Shown: in pieces, positions 34,218-49,098 of the stretch
How the letters are laid out: each line of letters starts with the position of its first letter
How positions within the stretch are numbered: the first letter of the stretch is position 1
DNA from: an uncultured beta proteobacterium
Lineage (GTDB): Bacteria > Pseudomonadota > Gammaproteobacteria > Burkholderiales > SHXO01
Reading direction: 5' to 3'
Assembly: GCA_963747025.1 (NCBI GenBank)
Contig: CAVVDJ010000006.1
Coordinates: 270,244-334,243 of the forward strand
DNA length: 64,000 bases
The notes under the pieces: model-generated
Databases searched by the model: none
What the model was told of the DNA's origin: nothing
What the model saw: only the letters and a program-made list of their open reading frames with translations
Program-made: the position numbers and the translations under genes

Positions 34218-35443
34218 GGGTGCGCCTTGATCGCTGGTTGGGGTGTTTCCTGCAGGGTGGCGAGGTAGTACTGCATGCGCCGAGCCGCCTCCAGGCACTC
34301 GGCCAGGGGAGGAACCAGAGCGACGCGCACGAAGTTACGGCCGGGATTGACGCCGCGAGCTTCGCGCGCGAGGTAGCTCCCGGGCAGGACGGTGACGTTG
34401 TACTGCAGCGTGCAGCGTGCGCGCGAACTCGATGTCCGACACTGGCGTGGGCAGCCAGAGATAGAACGCGGCTTCGGGCATCGACACCGGCGCGACCTCG
34501 CCCAGCAGCGCCGTGACCTGAATGAACTTTTCGGCGTAAAGCCGACGATTCTCGATCACGTGCGCTTCATCTCTCCACGCGGCGGCGCTGGCCGCCTGTA
34601 CGGCCGGATTCATCGCGCCGCCGTGATAGGTGCGATAGAGGAGGAACTTGGCGAGGATGGCAGCGTCTCCCGCTACGTATCCCGAGCGCATGCCGGGAAC
34701 GTTGGAGCGCTTGGACAGGCTGCCGAAGGCCACCAGCCGCGGGTAGCCCGCGCGCCCTAGTTGCTGCGCCGCCTGCAGGCCGCCGAGCGGCGGGCGCGCC
34801 TCGTCGAAATAGATTTCCGAATAGCACTCGTCCGAAGCGATCACGAACCCGTAGCGGTCGGATAGTTCGAACAGGCGGCGCCAATCCTCCAGCGTCATCA
34901 CGTCGCCGGTCGGATTGGCCGGCGAGCACACGTAGATCAGTTGCACCCGCGCCCAGATCGACTCGGGCAGTTGCTCGAAGTCAAGCCGCGAACCGTGCCG
35001 CGCTCGAGATTGAGGAACTTCGGCCGTGGCGCCGGCCAGCAGCGCCGCGCCTTCGTAGATCTGATAGAACGGGTTGGGCATCACCACCAGCGCGCCCGGC
35101 CGGCTCGTATCCACCACCGCCTGCGCGAAGGCAAACAGCGCTTCGCGGCTGCCGTTGACCGGCAGCACCTCTTTGGCCGGATCCAAGCTCGCAACCCGTA
35201 GCGCCGCGTGAGCCATTCTGCGATCGCCTCGCGCAGAGCAGCGCTGCCGCCGGTCGGTGGATATGAGGCGAGCCCGTCCAGATTCTCGGTCAGCGCGCGC
35301 TTGATGAAATCCGGAGTCGGATGCTTCGGTTCGCCGATGGAGAGGTTGATCGGTCTCAGATCCGAACGCGGGGTGAGGTCCTGGAACAGCGCGCCGAGCT
35401 TCTGGAACGGGTACGGCTGCAGCCGATCGAGATTCGGGTTCAT
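34214..35443 (-). pseudogene. dapC: succinyldiaminopimelate transaminase, at least 4 frame slips
   Basis: MNPNLDRLQPYPFQKLGALF..INLSIGEPKHPTP.. starts at ATG 35443. Further motifs are ..VLPVNGSREALFAF.., ..VCSPANPTG.. and ..SLSKRSNVPGMRSGY.. Slips are near 35205, 35015/34990 and 34410. The inferred end ..PAIKAHP has a TGA overlapping the dapD ATG. Confidence 0.85.
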
Positions 35444-35444
35444 G

Positions 35445-35864
35445 TCATCCGCGTGTGCTGGATTGAGGCGTAAACTGCAGCAGGTCTACCACCGGCTGTG
35501 GCTGCCATGCGGCGTGTCGGTGCTCGGCTACAACGGTGGTGAAGATTCCGCCGCGCACGTAGAACTTTGCGGTGAGCCGCATGAAACGCGGCTGTGTCGC
35601 GGCCACCAGGTCGTTCAGAATGCGATTGGTGACGGCCTCGTGAAACGCACCTTCGTTTCGGAACGACCAGATGTAGAGCTTGAGGCTCTTCAGCTCGATG
35701 CAGGTCTGGTCCGGGATATAGTCGAGCAGGAGCGTGGCGAAGTCCGGCTGGCCGGTCTTGGGACACAGGCACGAGAACTCGGGAATCTCCATGTGAATGT
35801 GATAGTCCCGCTCGGGGCTCGGGTTGGGGAAGGTTTCGAGATTTGGTCCAGGCCGGGTTGCCAT
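35445..35864 (-). CDS. queF: NADPH-dependent 7-cyano-7-deazaguanine reductase (type I QueF)
   Basis: Intact 139 aa: ..[15 protein letters not shown].. (catalytic Cys) and ..ELKSLKLY.. (QueF motif). Confidence 0.92.
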   Translation of the reverse strand: MATRPGPNLETFPNPSPERDYHIHMEIPEFSCLCPKTGQPDFATLLLDYIPDQTCIELKSLKLYIWSFRNEGAFHEAVTNRILNDLVAATQPRFMRLTAKFYVRGGIFTTVVAEHRHAAWQPQPVVDLLQFTPQSSTRG

Positions 35865-35976
35865 TATCCACGCCGTGACGATTCGGTTAAAATACGGACG
35901 CGCTTGGGTCGATGGGCCCAGGCGCTTGTTTTATCGAAGTTTCCGGCAATTATAAACCTTTACTCCGCTTCTCAAA

Positions 35977-38900
35977 TTGCGCCTTTCTCACATCAAGCTC
36001 GCCGGGTTCAAGTCCTTCGTCGATCCCACCCACATTCCGGTTCCAGGGCAGCTCGTCGGCGTGGTCGGCCCGAACGGCTGCGGCAAGTCTAACGTCATAG
36101 ACGCCGTCCGGTGGGTATTGGGCGAGTCCTCCGCCAAGCACTTGCGCGGCGAGACCATGCAGGATGTGATCTTCAACGGATCCGGCGAGCGCAAGCCGAT
36201 AAACCGGGCGAGCGTCGAACTGGTGTTCGACAACAGCCTGGGCAAGGCGGCCGGAGCCTGGTCCAAGTACGCTGAGATCTCGGTCAAACGCGTGCTCGAG
36301 CGGGACGGCGAGTCGGCGTATTTCATCAACAACCTCCATGTCCGCCGCAAGGATGTGGCCGACATCTTCCTCGGCACGGGCCTGGGAGGACGCGCCTACG
36401 CCATCATCGAGCAGGGAATGATCTCGCGCATCGTGGAAGCGCGGCCCGAGGAGCTGCGCACGTTCCTGGAGGAAGCGGCGGGCATCTCGAAATACCGTGA
36501 GCGCCGGCGTGAGACCGAGTTGCGCCTCACCGATGCGCGCGAAAACCTGGCGCGCGTGGACGACATCGTTCAGGAGCTCGCCAAGCAGATCGAACACTTG
36601 GACGCGCAGGCGCAGGTCGCCACCCGCTATCGCGAACTGGAGAGCGCGCTCAAGCTCACCCAGCAACTGCTGTGGCTGCTGCGCAAGCAGGAGGCTGTCA
36701 ATCAGCGCGGGCGGCTCACGCGGAAGTGGAGCAGATCGGTCTCGAGCTGGAAGCGGAGACGGCCCGCTTGCGCGAACTCGAGGCCAGCCTCGAGCGATCT
36801 GCGCGAGGGTCACTATTCGGCGTCCGATGCGGTGCATCAGACGCAAGGCTCGTTGTACGAGGTGAACGCCGAGGCGGCCCGGCTGGAGCAATCCCTGGGA
36901 CATCTGCGCGACAGCAGGCGGCGGGTGGAGAGCCAGATGGCCGGGCTCGAGCTGGAGCGCGAGGAAGCGCAGACGCCAGGATCAGGTCTCTGCGCGAGGC
37001 GCTCTCTGCGCAGCGTGTGGCGCTGGAGGAAGCGCGCCTGCAGCGCGAGGCCTGCGATGCCCGGCACGAGGCCGAGGCGGCCGCGTTGCCCGACGCCGAA
37101 AGCGCGTTCGCCCGCACCCGCGATGAGCGTCGAGCAGCTGCAGCAGGACGCCGCGCGCTGCGCGCAGGCGATCGAAGTCGAGGCCACGCGCCAGGAGCAC
37201 GCCGAGAAGCTCCTCGCCCAGCTTGCGAGGCCGACGTCAGCGCCTGGAGCAGGAGCAGGAGGGACTGAAAGACGCGGAGCCGGAGGGACTGGAGCAGCTC
37301 GGGCGTGAACTCGGCGGATCTGGATCATCGGTATCAGGCGCGGCGCGCCGCGCTCGACAGCGCCGAGGCAGATCTGCCGGCATTCGAACAGGCACACCGG
37401 AGCCGCAGCGGATAGCGCGGACGCCGTTAGCGCGCGACCTAGGCGCGCTCGAGGCGCGGTGTACGGCGCTGGAGCTGCTGCAGAAGCAGGTCAGCCGCTC
37501 GGGCGAGATGCACGCCTGGCTGGACAACCAGCAGTTGGACGGATTGAGCCGCCTGTGGCAGGGCATCCGCGTGGAGGCAGGATGGGAGGATGCACTGGAA
37601 GCGGTGCTGCGCGAGCGCCTCAACGGCATCGCGCTCGACAACCTCCAGCGCGCTGCCGACTGGCTTGACCAGCCGCCTCCGGGAAAGGTCTCCTTCTTCC
37701 AGAAGCGCGAGGGGCCGCCGTCGGCAAGCGAGTTGGCTGGCCGCCGGCCGCTGCTCAGCTATATCACCTTCACCGATCCCAGCGATGCGCTGGTGTTGTC
37801 GGACTGGCTCGATCGCGTTTATGTCGTGCCGGACGCGGCGCAGGGTCTGGCCGAGCGCGCGAGCCTGCCCGCCGGCGCGATGCTGGTCTGCCCGCAGGGG
37901 CATGTCTTCACGCGCAACAGCGTCAACTTTCATGCGTCCGACTCCGAGGTGCACGGGATCCTTTCGCGTCAGCGCGATATCGAGCAACTGCGCGAACGCG
38001 AGGTGAAGCTGCAGGCGGACGTGGCGGCGGAGCGCGCGCAGAGCGGCTGGCGGCCCAATCTGAACTCGAGCAGCGACGCGCCCGCGCGCTGGCTCTGCGC
38101 GAGGAGGCCGAACAGCTGCAGCAACAGAGGCACGACCGGCAACTCGATCACGTCCGGCTGTCCGAGGAGGCGGAGCGTGGCCGCCTGCGCCACCGCCAGA
38201 TCATGCAGGAGCTCGACGAGATCGCGGCCGAGTCTGAGCGCGAGGCACTGCAGCAGCGGTCGGCTGCGGAGCGGCTGCTCGAGCTGCGATCTCAATCCGA
38301 GGACCTGCGCCAGCGGCTGGAAGCTGCGCGCGAGGGCCACCAGGAAGCTTCGCGCGCCCTCGACGGCAGACGCGATGCAGTGCAAGCGGCCCAGCGCCAG
38401 TTTCAAGAGGCCAGCTTCAATGAGCGCGTGGTCGTCCAAAAGATCAGCGATATAGAAGAGAATTCCAAGAGACTGTTCGAACAGCAGGAGCGTGCCCGGA
38501 CGGCGCTGGATCAGCTGAAAGGCGAGCTCGCGAGTTGGATGAAGCACCGATACAGGCCGAGCTCGATCGGGCGCTGGCACTGCGGATCGAACGCGAACGC
38601 GCACTTGCGCTGCGCGGGAGACTTTGGACGAAGCCGATCGGTCGCTGAAGGACGCTGAGCAGCAACGGTTGACCTGCGAGCAGCGGCTCGCTCCGTTGCG
38701 AGAGCGCCTGGGCGAGCTGCGACTCAAGGAGCAGGAGGCGCGGTTGGCGGAAGAGAACTTTGCTTCCCAGCTGAGCGCGGTCGGCGCGGACGAGGCGGTG
38801 CTGGTCAGCAGACTGGAAAAGGGCATGCGCCCCAACGCCCTGCAGGCCGAGATCAACAGACTGGGCGAAGAAATTGCGGCGCTGGGCGCCGTGAACCTCG

Positions 38901-39508
38901 CCGCACTCGAGGAGCTCGAGGTGGCGCGCAGCCGCAAGGACTATCTTGACTCCCAGTCGCGCGATTTGCGCGAGGCGGTCGAGACGTTGGAGAATGCCAT
39001 CCGCCGCATCGACCGCGAAACTCGGGCGCGCCTGCAGACCACTTTCGACCAGGTCAACGACAATCTGGCGCAGATGTTTCCCGCGCTATTCGGAGGCGGC
39101 GAAGCCCGGCTGGCTCTGACCGGCGAGGAGATCCTCGATGCCGGGCTTCAAATCATCGCCCGCCCGCCGGGAAAGAAGAACAGCTCGATCCACTTGTTGT
39201 CCGGCGGCGAGAAGGCCCTCACCGCTCTGGCGCTGGTGTTCTCGCTGTTCCAGCTCAACCCCGCACCGTTCTGCCTTCTCGACGAAGTCGACGCACCGCT
39301 CGACGACGCCAATACGGAGCACTTCTGCAGCCTGGTTCGCAAGATGGCGCAGCAGACCCAGTTCATGTTCATCAGCCATAACAAGATCACCATGGAAATG
39401 GCCGAGCAGCTGATTGGCGTCACCATGCCGGAGATGGGCGTGTCCAAAGTCGTGGCGGTGGATATCGAGGAGGCCCTGCGGCTGAGGGAGGAGGAGGCGG
39501 CCGCGTGA
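35977..39508 (+). pseudogene. smc: chromosome segregation protein SMC, about 10 frame slips in the coiled-coil arms
   Basis: The N-terminal head is MRLSHIKLAGFKSFVDPTHIPVPGQLVGVVGPNGCGKSNVIDAVRWVLGE.., the hinge is ..LSRLWQGIRVEAGWEDALEAVL.., and the C-terminal head is ..LLSGGEKALTALALVFSLFQLNPAPFCLLDEVDAPLDDAN.. The protein can be followed only by switching frame near 36712, 36796, 36978, 37126, 37228, 37313, 37405, 38045, 38533 and 38615. The start is TTG. Confidence 0.92.
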
Positions 39509-39870
39509 GCCTAGGAGCAGGGGCCGGCGAAACGTGGAGCAGGGGCCCCACGTGTGGGGATGCGACCGTGGAGCCGGCCGAGGCGCGTCGCCCGCCGGCC
39601 CTCGCGCGTCTACGGGGTCACATCCCAGAGGGAACCCTGTTCCGCCCTCCGACGCGCCCGCTTCGCGGGGATGCGACCCAGGCGAATCGCAGCCAGGCGC
39701 CGACGCTGCGCTGCTTGAATGGGCCGCAATATGAAAGAGGCGGCCGCGTGAGCCTAGGAGCAGGGGCCCCGCTTCGCGGGGATGCGACCCAGGCGAATCG
39801 CAGCCAGACGCCGACGCTGCGCTGCTTGAATGGGCCTCAATAGAAAGAGGCGGCGGCGTGAGCCAGGGAG
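39494..39870. repeat. tandem repeat region (111-bp period) reiterating the smc stop region
   Basis: 39657-39767 and 39768-39870 align at an offset of 111 (110 after a 1-nt gap) with a few mismatches. The 32-nt junction GAGGCGGCCGCGTGAGCCTAGGAGCAGGGGCC occurs at 39494-39525 (including the smc TGA) and again at 39737-39768. A degenerate third copy leads into the zipA ATG. Confidence 0.85.
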
Positions 39871-39871
39871 T

Positions 39872-43088
<3,217 letters not shown>

Positions 43089-43115
43089 GCTGCTTCGATT
43101 GATCGGGAGCGTGCC

Positions 43116-43997
43116 TTGAGCCGTACAAGGATAGCGGTGTTTCCAGTGGCGGGACTGGGCACCCGGTTTCTCCCCGCCACCAAGGCCATGCCCAAGGAGA
43201 TGCTTCCGATCGTCGACAAGCCGTTGATCCAGTACGCGGTCGAGGAAGCCGTGGCCGCAGGTATGACGCATATGGTGTTCATCACCGGCCGCAACAAGCG
43301 CGCTATCGAGGACCATTTCGACAAGGCCTTTGAGCTGGAGACCGAGTTATCCGGGCGCGGTCGCGAGAACCTGCTCGAACTGGTGCGCGACATCGTTCCG
43401 AAGCACGTCACTTGTACCTACGTGCGACAGTCGGAGGCGTTGGGGTTGGGACACGCAGTGCTGTGTGCTCGGGCGGTACTCGGGAACGAGCCTTTCGCCG
43501 TGATCCTTGCCGACGATTTGATTGACGCCGATGTTCCCGTGCTCAAGCAGATGGCCGACGTATTCGACCGCGAGCAGCGCTCGGTGATTGCGGTGCAGCC
43601 CGTGCCGATCCAAGACTCCCGCAGCTACGGCATCATCCAGGGTGATCCGGTCCAAGGCAGGCTGTACCGCATGACTGCGATCGTGGAGAAGCCGCATCCA
43701 GATGTGGCGCCTTCGAACCTGGCGGTGGTCGGGCGCTACATTCTGACGGCCAGGGTGCTGGACCTGCTGGAGCGCGTGGTTCCAGGCGCCGGCGGCGAGA
43801 TCCAACTGACCGACGCTATCGCCGCACTGCTCAAGCTCGAAGGCGCATTTGGCTACGAATTTCTGGGGACACGCTACGACTGTGGATCCAAGCTCGGCTA
43901 TCTTGAAGCCAACGTGATGTACGCGCTGAAGCACGCCGAAGTCGGCAAGGAATTCGCCGCGTTCCTGTCCAACGTCGCGGCCTCGGGCAAGGATTGA
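43116..43997 (+). CDS. galU: UTP--glucose-1-phosphate uridylyltransferase
   Basis: Intact 293 aa with a TTG start: ..[34 protein letters not shown].. Confidence 0.95.
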   Translation: MSRTRIAVFPVAGLGTRFLPATKAMPKEMLPIVDKPLIQYAVEEAVAAGMTHMVFITGRNKRAIEDHFDKAFELETELSGRGRENLLELVRDIVPKHVTCTYVRQSEALGLGHAVLCARAVLGNEPFAVILADDLIDADVPVLKQMADVFDREQRSVIAVQPVPIQDSRSYGIIQGDPVQGRLYRMTAIVEKPHPDVAPSNLAVVGRYILTARVLDLLERVVPGAGGEIQLTDAIAALLKLEGAFGYEFLGTRYDCGSKLGYLEANVMYALKHAEVGKEFAAFLSNVAASGKD

Positions 43998-44006
43998 GCT
44001 TACGCC

Positions 44007-44553
44007 ATGCGAGATCTCGCGCAGCTCTGGGAAGTACTCAAACGCGCCGACCTGGTCTACAGCGAAGATCAGCTGCGGGTAGCCGTCCAACGCGTGGCGC
44101 AGGAAATTACCGGAGTGCTGGCGGAGCGGGTGCCGCTGGTGTTGAGCGTGATGGGAGGCGCTGTGGTATTCACGGGCCAGTTACTGCCGCTTCTGCACTT
44201 TCCGTTGGAGTTCGACTACGTCCATGTCACCCGCTACCGCGGGAGCATGCAGGGCGGGACGATTCAGTGGAAGGTCGAGCCGCGGCCCATTGCTGGCCGG
44301 CAGGGTGGTGCTGGTGGTGGATGATATTTTGGACGAGGGCCACACCATGGCGGCAATTCGCGACCGCATCCTGCAAGAGGGCGCGGAGGCCTTCTACAGC
44401 GCGGTCCTCGCGGACAAGGACATCGGGCGCGATAAGCCGGTGCGCGCGGACTTTGTGGGCGTGACCGTACCGGACCGTTACGTTTTCGGCTACGGGATGG
44501 ACGTAGAAAGCGCCTGGCGCAACCTGCCGGCGATCTATGCCGTAAAGGATTAG
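44007..44553 (+). pseudogene. hpt: hypoxanthine-guanine phosphoribosyltransferase, one frame slip near 44292
   Basis: ..VPLVLSVMGGAVVFTGQLL.. (ORF 44007..44324) is followed by ..VVLVVDDILDEGHTMAAI.. (PRPP-binding motif, ORF 44224..44553). Confidence 0.85.
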
Positions 44554-44648
44554 GAATTGAGTGGCTCTCATCCAAGAGTGCGTCGGGCCGGAGGCCCAGC
44601 GGCGCGCGCCCGGCTGACCGGCTTCGCTACTGCCGGGTTGGAACCCCT

Positions 44649-45395
44649 ATGCTCGCAATAATCGGCGGCACCGGTCTGACCCAGCTGTCCAATCTGGCGG
44701 TTACGCGTCGACAGGTTGTACGCACGCCCTACGGTGAGCCCTCCGCCGCGCTGGTGTTCGGACAGATCGCGGGGCGAGAAGTGGTATTCCTCGCTCGCCA
44801 TGGATATGGCCACACGATTCCGCCGCACATGGTCAATTACCGGGCCAACATCTGGGCCCTGCACTCCCAGGATGTGGACAACGTGGTGTCGGTTGCATCG
44901 GTGGGCGGAATCCGGGCCGATCTCGGCCCAGGGGTGATCGCCGTTCCGGACCAGGTCATCGACTATACGTGGGGTCGGCGATCCACGTTCCATGAGGGCG
45001 AGGATCGCGCAGTCGTGCACATCGATTTCACGCGTCCCTACTGCGATCGTTTGCGCACTTTGGTTTTGGTGGCGGCCGCAGCGGCAGGCCAAGCCGTGGT
45101 CAATGGCGGGGTGTACGCGACCACCCAGGGACCGCGCCTCGAAACCGCCGCCGAGATCGATCGCCTCGAACGCGACGGCGCGGACATGGTAGGCATGACC
45201 GGCATGCCGGAAGCGACATTGGCCCGTGAGATAGGACTGTGCTACGCGGCCATCGCCGTAGTGGCCAACCACGCAGCCGGGCGCGGGCAAAGTCGAACCG
45301 CCATTCGCATGGAAGATATCAACGCCACCCTGCAGACGGCGCTCACACAGGTGCGTGCGGTCATCGAGAGGTTGGTGGAGGCCCATGGCAGTTAG
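44649..45395 (+). CDS. mtnP: S-methyl-5'-thioadenosine/thioinosine phosphorylase (MTAP/PNP family)
   Basis: Intact 248 aa: [10 protein letters not shown].., ..[25 protein letters not shown].., ..[13 protein letters not shown].. Confidence 0.85.
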   Translation: MLAIIGGTGLTQLSNLAVTRRQVVRTPYGEPSAALVFGQIAGREVVFLARHGYGHTIPPHMVNYRANIWALHSQDVDNVVSVASVGGIRADLGPGVIAVPDQVIDYTWGRRSTFHEGEDRAVVHIDFTRPYCDRLRTLVLVAAAAAGQAVVNGGVYATTQGPRLETAAEIDRLERDGADMVGMTGMPEATLAREIGLCYAAIAVVANHAAGRGQSRTAIRMEDINATLQTALTQVRAVIERLVEAHGS

Positions 45396-45920
45396 GCCCG
45401 TATTGCGGATGGGAGATCCGCGGTTGCTTGGAGCGCGCGCACGAAGTGGAGCGATTCGGCACTCCCGAGCTGGACGAGCTTTTGCGCGACATGCACGATA
45501 CGATGGAGGCCTTGAACGGCGCCGGCCTGGCGGCGCCTCAGATCGCTGTTCCGCTGCGCGTGGTGGTGTTCGGACTCAAGAGCAACCCGCGCTACCCGGA
45601 CGCCGAAGCAGTGCCTTATACCGTGCTCATCAATCCTGTCATCACTCCTCTGGGCGAGGACAAGGAGGAGGGCTGGGAGGGGTGCCTGAGCGTACCTGGC
45701 ATGCGCGGGCTGGTGCCACGCTGGCGTGCACTGCACTACCGCGGCTATGACGCGCAGGGTGAGCGCGATCGATCGAACCGTGAGCGGATTCCACGCGCGC
45801 GTCGTGCAGCACGAGTGCGATCACCTGGACGGGATCCTTTACCCGTTGCGGATAGCGGACTTGCGCAACTTCGGGTTCCATGACGTGCTGTTTCCCGACC
45901 AACCGGTCGAGGACGAATAG
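45385..45920 (+). pseudogene. def: peptide deformylase, 2 frame slips
   Basis: [15 protein letters not shown].., ..GAGLAAPQI.., ..EGCLSVPG.. and ..HECDHLDG.. lie in three frames. Slips are near 45430 and 45765. ATG 45385 overlaps the end of the upstream gene. Confidence 0.9.
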
Positions 45921-46052
45921 GCAGCGCTTGAACTGTAAGGTTTCAACGGAAATCTGTCGCGAAACTCCGAACTGTCACGGCGCGCTCTGAAGCTGGTTGA
46001 CGGCCTGGCGTCGAAGTAGCAAACTCACTGCGAACTTGCGGTTGGAGCGCAG

Positions 46053-46439
46053 ATGGAAGCGTTAGTCGTCACTTGGCGTGAGTTGCTGATCCTCGTAGTC
46101 GCCGTCCTGGCCATCTATGTCGTCGAGCTCCTGCTGCTTCTGCGCTGGTCGGGCACACGCGGCACGTGGTCTCGGCGGCGGAGGGACAACGCGAGCCCCG
46201 AAAGCGGACCGGACGACGGGCTAGTGCGTGAGGTCGGCGACCTGCGCAAGCAGGTCGCCCGCTTACAGGGGGAGGTGGATAAACTGCAGGCGACGCCGGG
46301 GACATCCGTATCCCCCTACAACCTCGCCATTCAAATGGCCCGCCAGGGCGCCGGCGCGCGTGAGGTAGCAAGCGGCTGCGGCATCTCGCGCGGCGAGGCC
46401 GAGCTGATCGTCGCGCTGTATCGCAAGCTCCGCATCTGA
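46053..46439 (+). CDS. small membrane-anchored protein, DUF2802-like; function unknown
   Basis: 128 aa with an N-terminal TM helix, a coiled coil (..LRKQVARLQGEVDKLQ..) and a C-terminal ..SPYNLAIQMARQGAGAREVASGCGISRGEAELIVALYR. Confidence 0.6.
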   Translation: MEALVVTWRELLILVVAVLAIYVVELLLLLRWSGTRGTWSRRRRDNASPESGPDDGLVREVGDLRKQVARLQGEVDKLQATPGTSVSPYNLAIQMARQGAGAREVASGCGISRGEAELIVALYRKLRI

Positions 46440-46451
46440 GCCCGAGGCAAG

Positions 46452-46495
46452 CTCTGATCTATTCTCGAGCACCTGAGAGCATAGATCAGAGTTTC
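46452..46495. terminator. strong hairpin between convergent genes (candidate bidirectional terminator)
   Basis: Perfect 11-bp stem CTCTGATCTAT / ATAGATCAGAG around an 18-nt loop, followed by TTT on the plus strand. It lies between the DUF2802-like gene stop (46439) and the glnD stop (46498). Confidence 0.5.
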
Positions 46496-46497
46496 CC

Positions 46498-49096
46498 TCA
46501 GGTCTGAAGCTCGCGGATCAGGTCGCTTTCGAGACGGATTAGCGTCTTGGTTTCGCGCAGCGCATCGCCGGTAATCACGAAGCTGTCTTCGGCGCGCTCT
46601 CCCAGCGTGTTGATCTTCGCCGTCCGCACGTTGATTCCGTAGTTCACGAGCACCCGCGCCACACTGGACAGCAGCCCGGGGCGGTCGCCCGCGATGAACG
46701 ACAGGTACCAGGCGCTCCCTTTCTCGTCTGGTCGCAAGCCCACTTCGGGCGTGATCGGAAAGCTGCGGACTCGGCGGCTGATCCGACCCTTGATCGGCGG
46801 CGGAAGCGGCCCTTTCTGCTCGAGTTGGGAGGACAGTTCGTGCTCGATGTAGGCGATGACGTCGCGGTAGTGGCTGGTTGCCCTGGCGGGGTCCATGACC
46901 TGAAAGGTGTCCAGAGCATAGCCGTGCAGGGTAGTGTAGATCTTGGCTTCCACGATGCTGAAACCGATGCGTTCGAAGAAGCTGCAGATGCGGGCGAACA
47001 GATTTCCGCGGTCCGGCGCGTAGACCAAAACCTGCGCGCCTTCTCCGATCGGCGATAGCCGCGCCTTCACCACCGCCGACTTGGTGTCAACCCGGCCGTT
47101 GAGTAGTCGCGCATGCCAGGCGATCTCACGCGCGTCGTGCCGCAGGAAGTACGGGGTGTCGAGCTGCGCCCACAGCTTCTCGTGCACCCCGTCGGGCAAT
47201 GCATACAGCCTGAGTTTTTCCAGCGCCAGCCTCTGACGGTTCTGCAGCCGACTTCCAGCCGGGTTGGTATCTCCCGAGAGATAGCGCCGCGCGGACCAGA
47301 ACAGGTCTTCCAACAGTTTGCCCTTCCAGGCGTTCCAGACCTTGGGACTCGTGCCTCTGATGTCAGCCACCGTGAGCAGATACAGCGCAGTAAGGCGGCG
47401 ATCGTTGTCAACCAACCGCGCGAAGTCGGCGATGACCTCTGGATCGGACAAGTCCTTCTTCTGCGCAACCGACGACATCGTCAGATGGTGCTCGACCAGC
47501 CAGACCACCAGGCGGGTGTCTTCGGCGCTCAACCCATGACTGATGGCAAAGCGGCGGGCGTCCCGCATGCCGAGGACCGAGTGGTCACCGCCGCGCCCCT
47601 TGGCAATGTCGTGGAACATGCCGGCGAGATACAACACTTCGGGTCGACTGAACTCGCTCATCAGTCGGCTGCACAGCGGATATTCGTGGGACATCTCCGT
47701 CACCGCGAAGCGCCGGAGGTTGCGGACCACCATCAGGATGTGCTCGTCTACCGTGTAGACGTGGAACAGGTCGTGCTGCATCTGACCCACGATGCGGCCG
47801 AACGGCGGGAGATAGCGTCCAAGCACGTCGTAGCGGTTCATCCGCCGCAGGGCATGGGTCAGGCCAGTCCCGTGGCGGAACATGTCGATGAATATGGCCC
47901 GGTTGGTCGGGTTCCGCCGGAACGCGGCATCGATATGCCTCGCGCCTCGCCACAACGCGCGCAGCGTAGATGCGGCAATGCCTTTGAGCTCCGGGATGGT
48001 CCTGCAGCACCCGGAAGGTCTCGAGAATGGCGGACGGGTGACGCTCGTAGAGTTCCATGTCCACGATCTCGAGCAGTTCATTGCGCGCCTGAAAGCGCTC
48101 GTTGAGTGCAACGGGCTGCGTGGTCTGCGCCGGGAAGATGCTCACCCGCAGGTTTTGCAGAATGATCTCGTTGAGTTGGGTGACCGCGCGCGCCGTGCGG
48201 TAGTACGTCTGCATCAGCTGCTCGCTGGCCCGCTTGGCGTGCGAGTCGCGCAGCCCTAGCTCGTTTGCCAAGGGAGTCTGCAGGTCGAACAAGAGCCGAT
48301 CCTCGCGGCGATTCGCCTGATGGTGCAGGCGGATGCGCAGATCCTGCAGCGTGCGCTCGTGACGCGCCAGGTGCCGAGCTTCTTCGGCGGTGATGATATG
48401 GCGGCGCGCGAGATCCATCCAACTTCTACCCACGCCGTTGGCGCTGGATACCCACAGAATGTTGGTCAGGTCACGCAATCCCCCGGGGCCTTCTTTGACG
48501 TTCGGCTCCAGGTTGTAGGCCGTGTCGTTGAAGCGTCCGTGCCGCAGCTGCTGCTCTAGCAGTTTGGCTTCAAAGAAAGCCTTCGGATCCAGCGCCGCCT
48601 TGACGGTCGAGAAGAACTTCCGAGCCAACGGTCGATGGCCGGAGATGAAGCGCGCTTCCAGCAGGTTGGTCTGCACCGTGACGTCATGCGCGGCTTCGGA
48701 CACACACTGGTCCACCGAGCGCGCGCTGTGTCCGATCTCCAGGCCGACATCCCAGAGCCGCCCGACCAGCTCGGATACTTTCTCCCGGACATCGTCGTCA
48801 ATCTCGTCCGGCAACAGAAACAGGACGTCGACATCGGAGTGGGGGAAGAGCTGAGAGCGCCCGTAGCCGCCGACGGCAAACAGGGCGAGCTCCGGCGGCA
48901 TAGGCGACTCGCTCCAGACTGAGCGCAACACGCGATCCACGAGGGCCGTGTGCTGCCTCAGCAGCTGGGCGGGGCTGGATTTGGCCGAATAGCCCGCCCG
49001 CAGATCAGCGCGTCCTTCGGTCAGAGCGCGCCGGTACTGGCCGACGCTGTTGTAAGCAGAAACGAGCGAAGGCAGGACAGCCCCTGGCGAGGACAT
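46498..49096 (-). pseudogene. glnD: [protein-PII] uridylyltransferase / uridylyl-removing enzyme, one frame slip near 47990
   Basis: Nucleotidyltransferase ..LFAVGGYGRSQLFPHSDVDVLFLLP.., HD domain ..YTVDEHILMVVRNL..MFHDIAKGRGGDHS.. and two C-terminal ACT-like domains. ORFs 47585..49096 and 46498..48111 join at ..LQDHP / ELKGIAAS.. Confidence 0.93.
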
Positions 49097-49098
49097 CG

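Noticed and set aside
35865-35976. preQ1 riboswitch upstream of queF
   Set aside because: The spacer is short and shared with the divergent smc promoter. I see no compact hairpin or pseudoknot with the conserved preQ1 loop sequence.
39505-39843. CRISPR array, or a repeat-containing protein (112-aa ORF with repeated PLRGDATQANRSQ.PTLRCLNGPQ)
   Set aside because: The repeats are directly tandem with no unique spacers, and the unit (111 bp) is far longer than a CRISPR repeat. The ORF is just the repeat read in one frame. It lies in the smc-zipA spacer with no ribosome-binding site, and the region is open in several frames.
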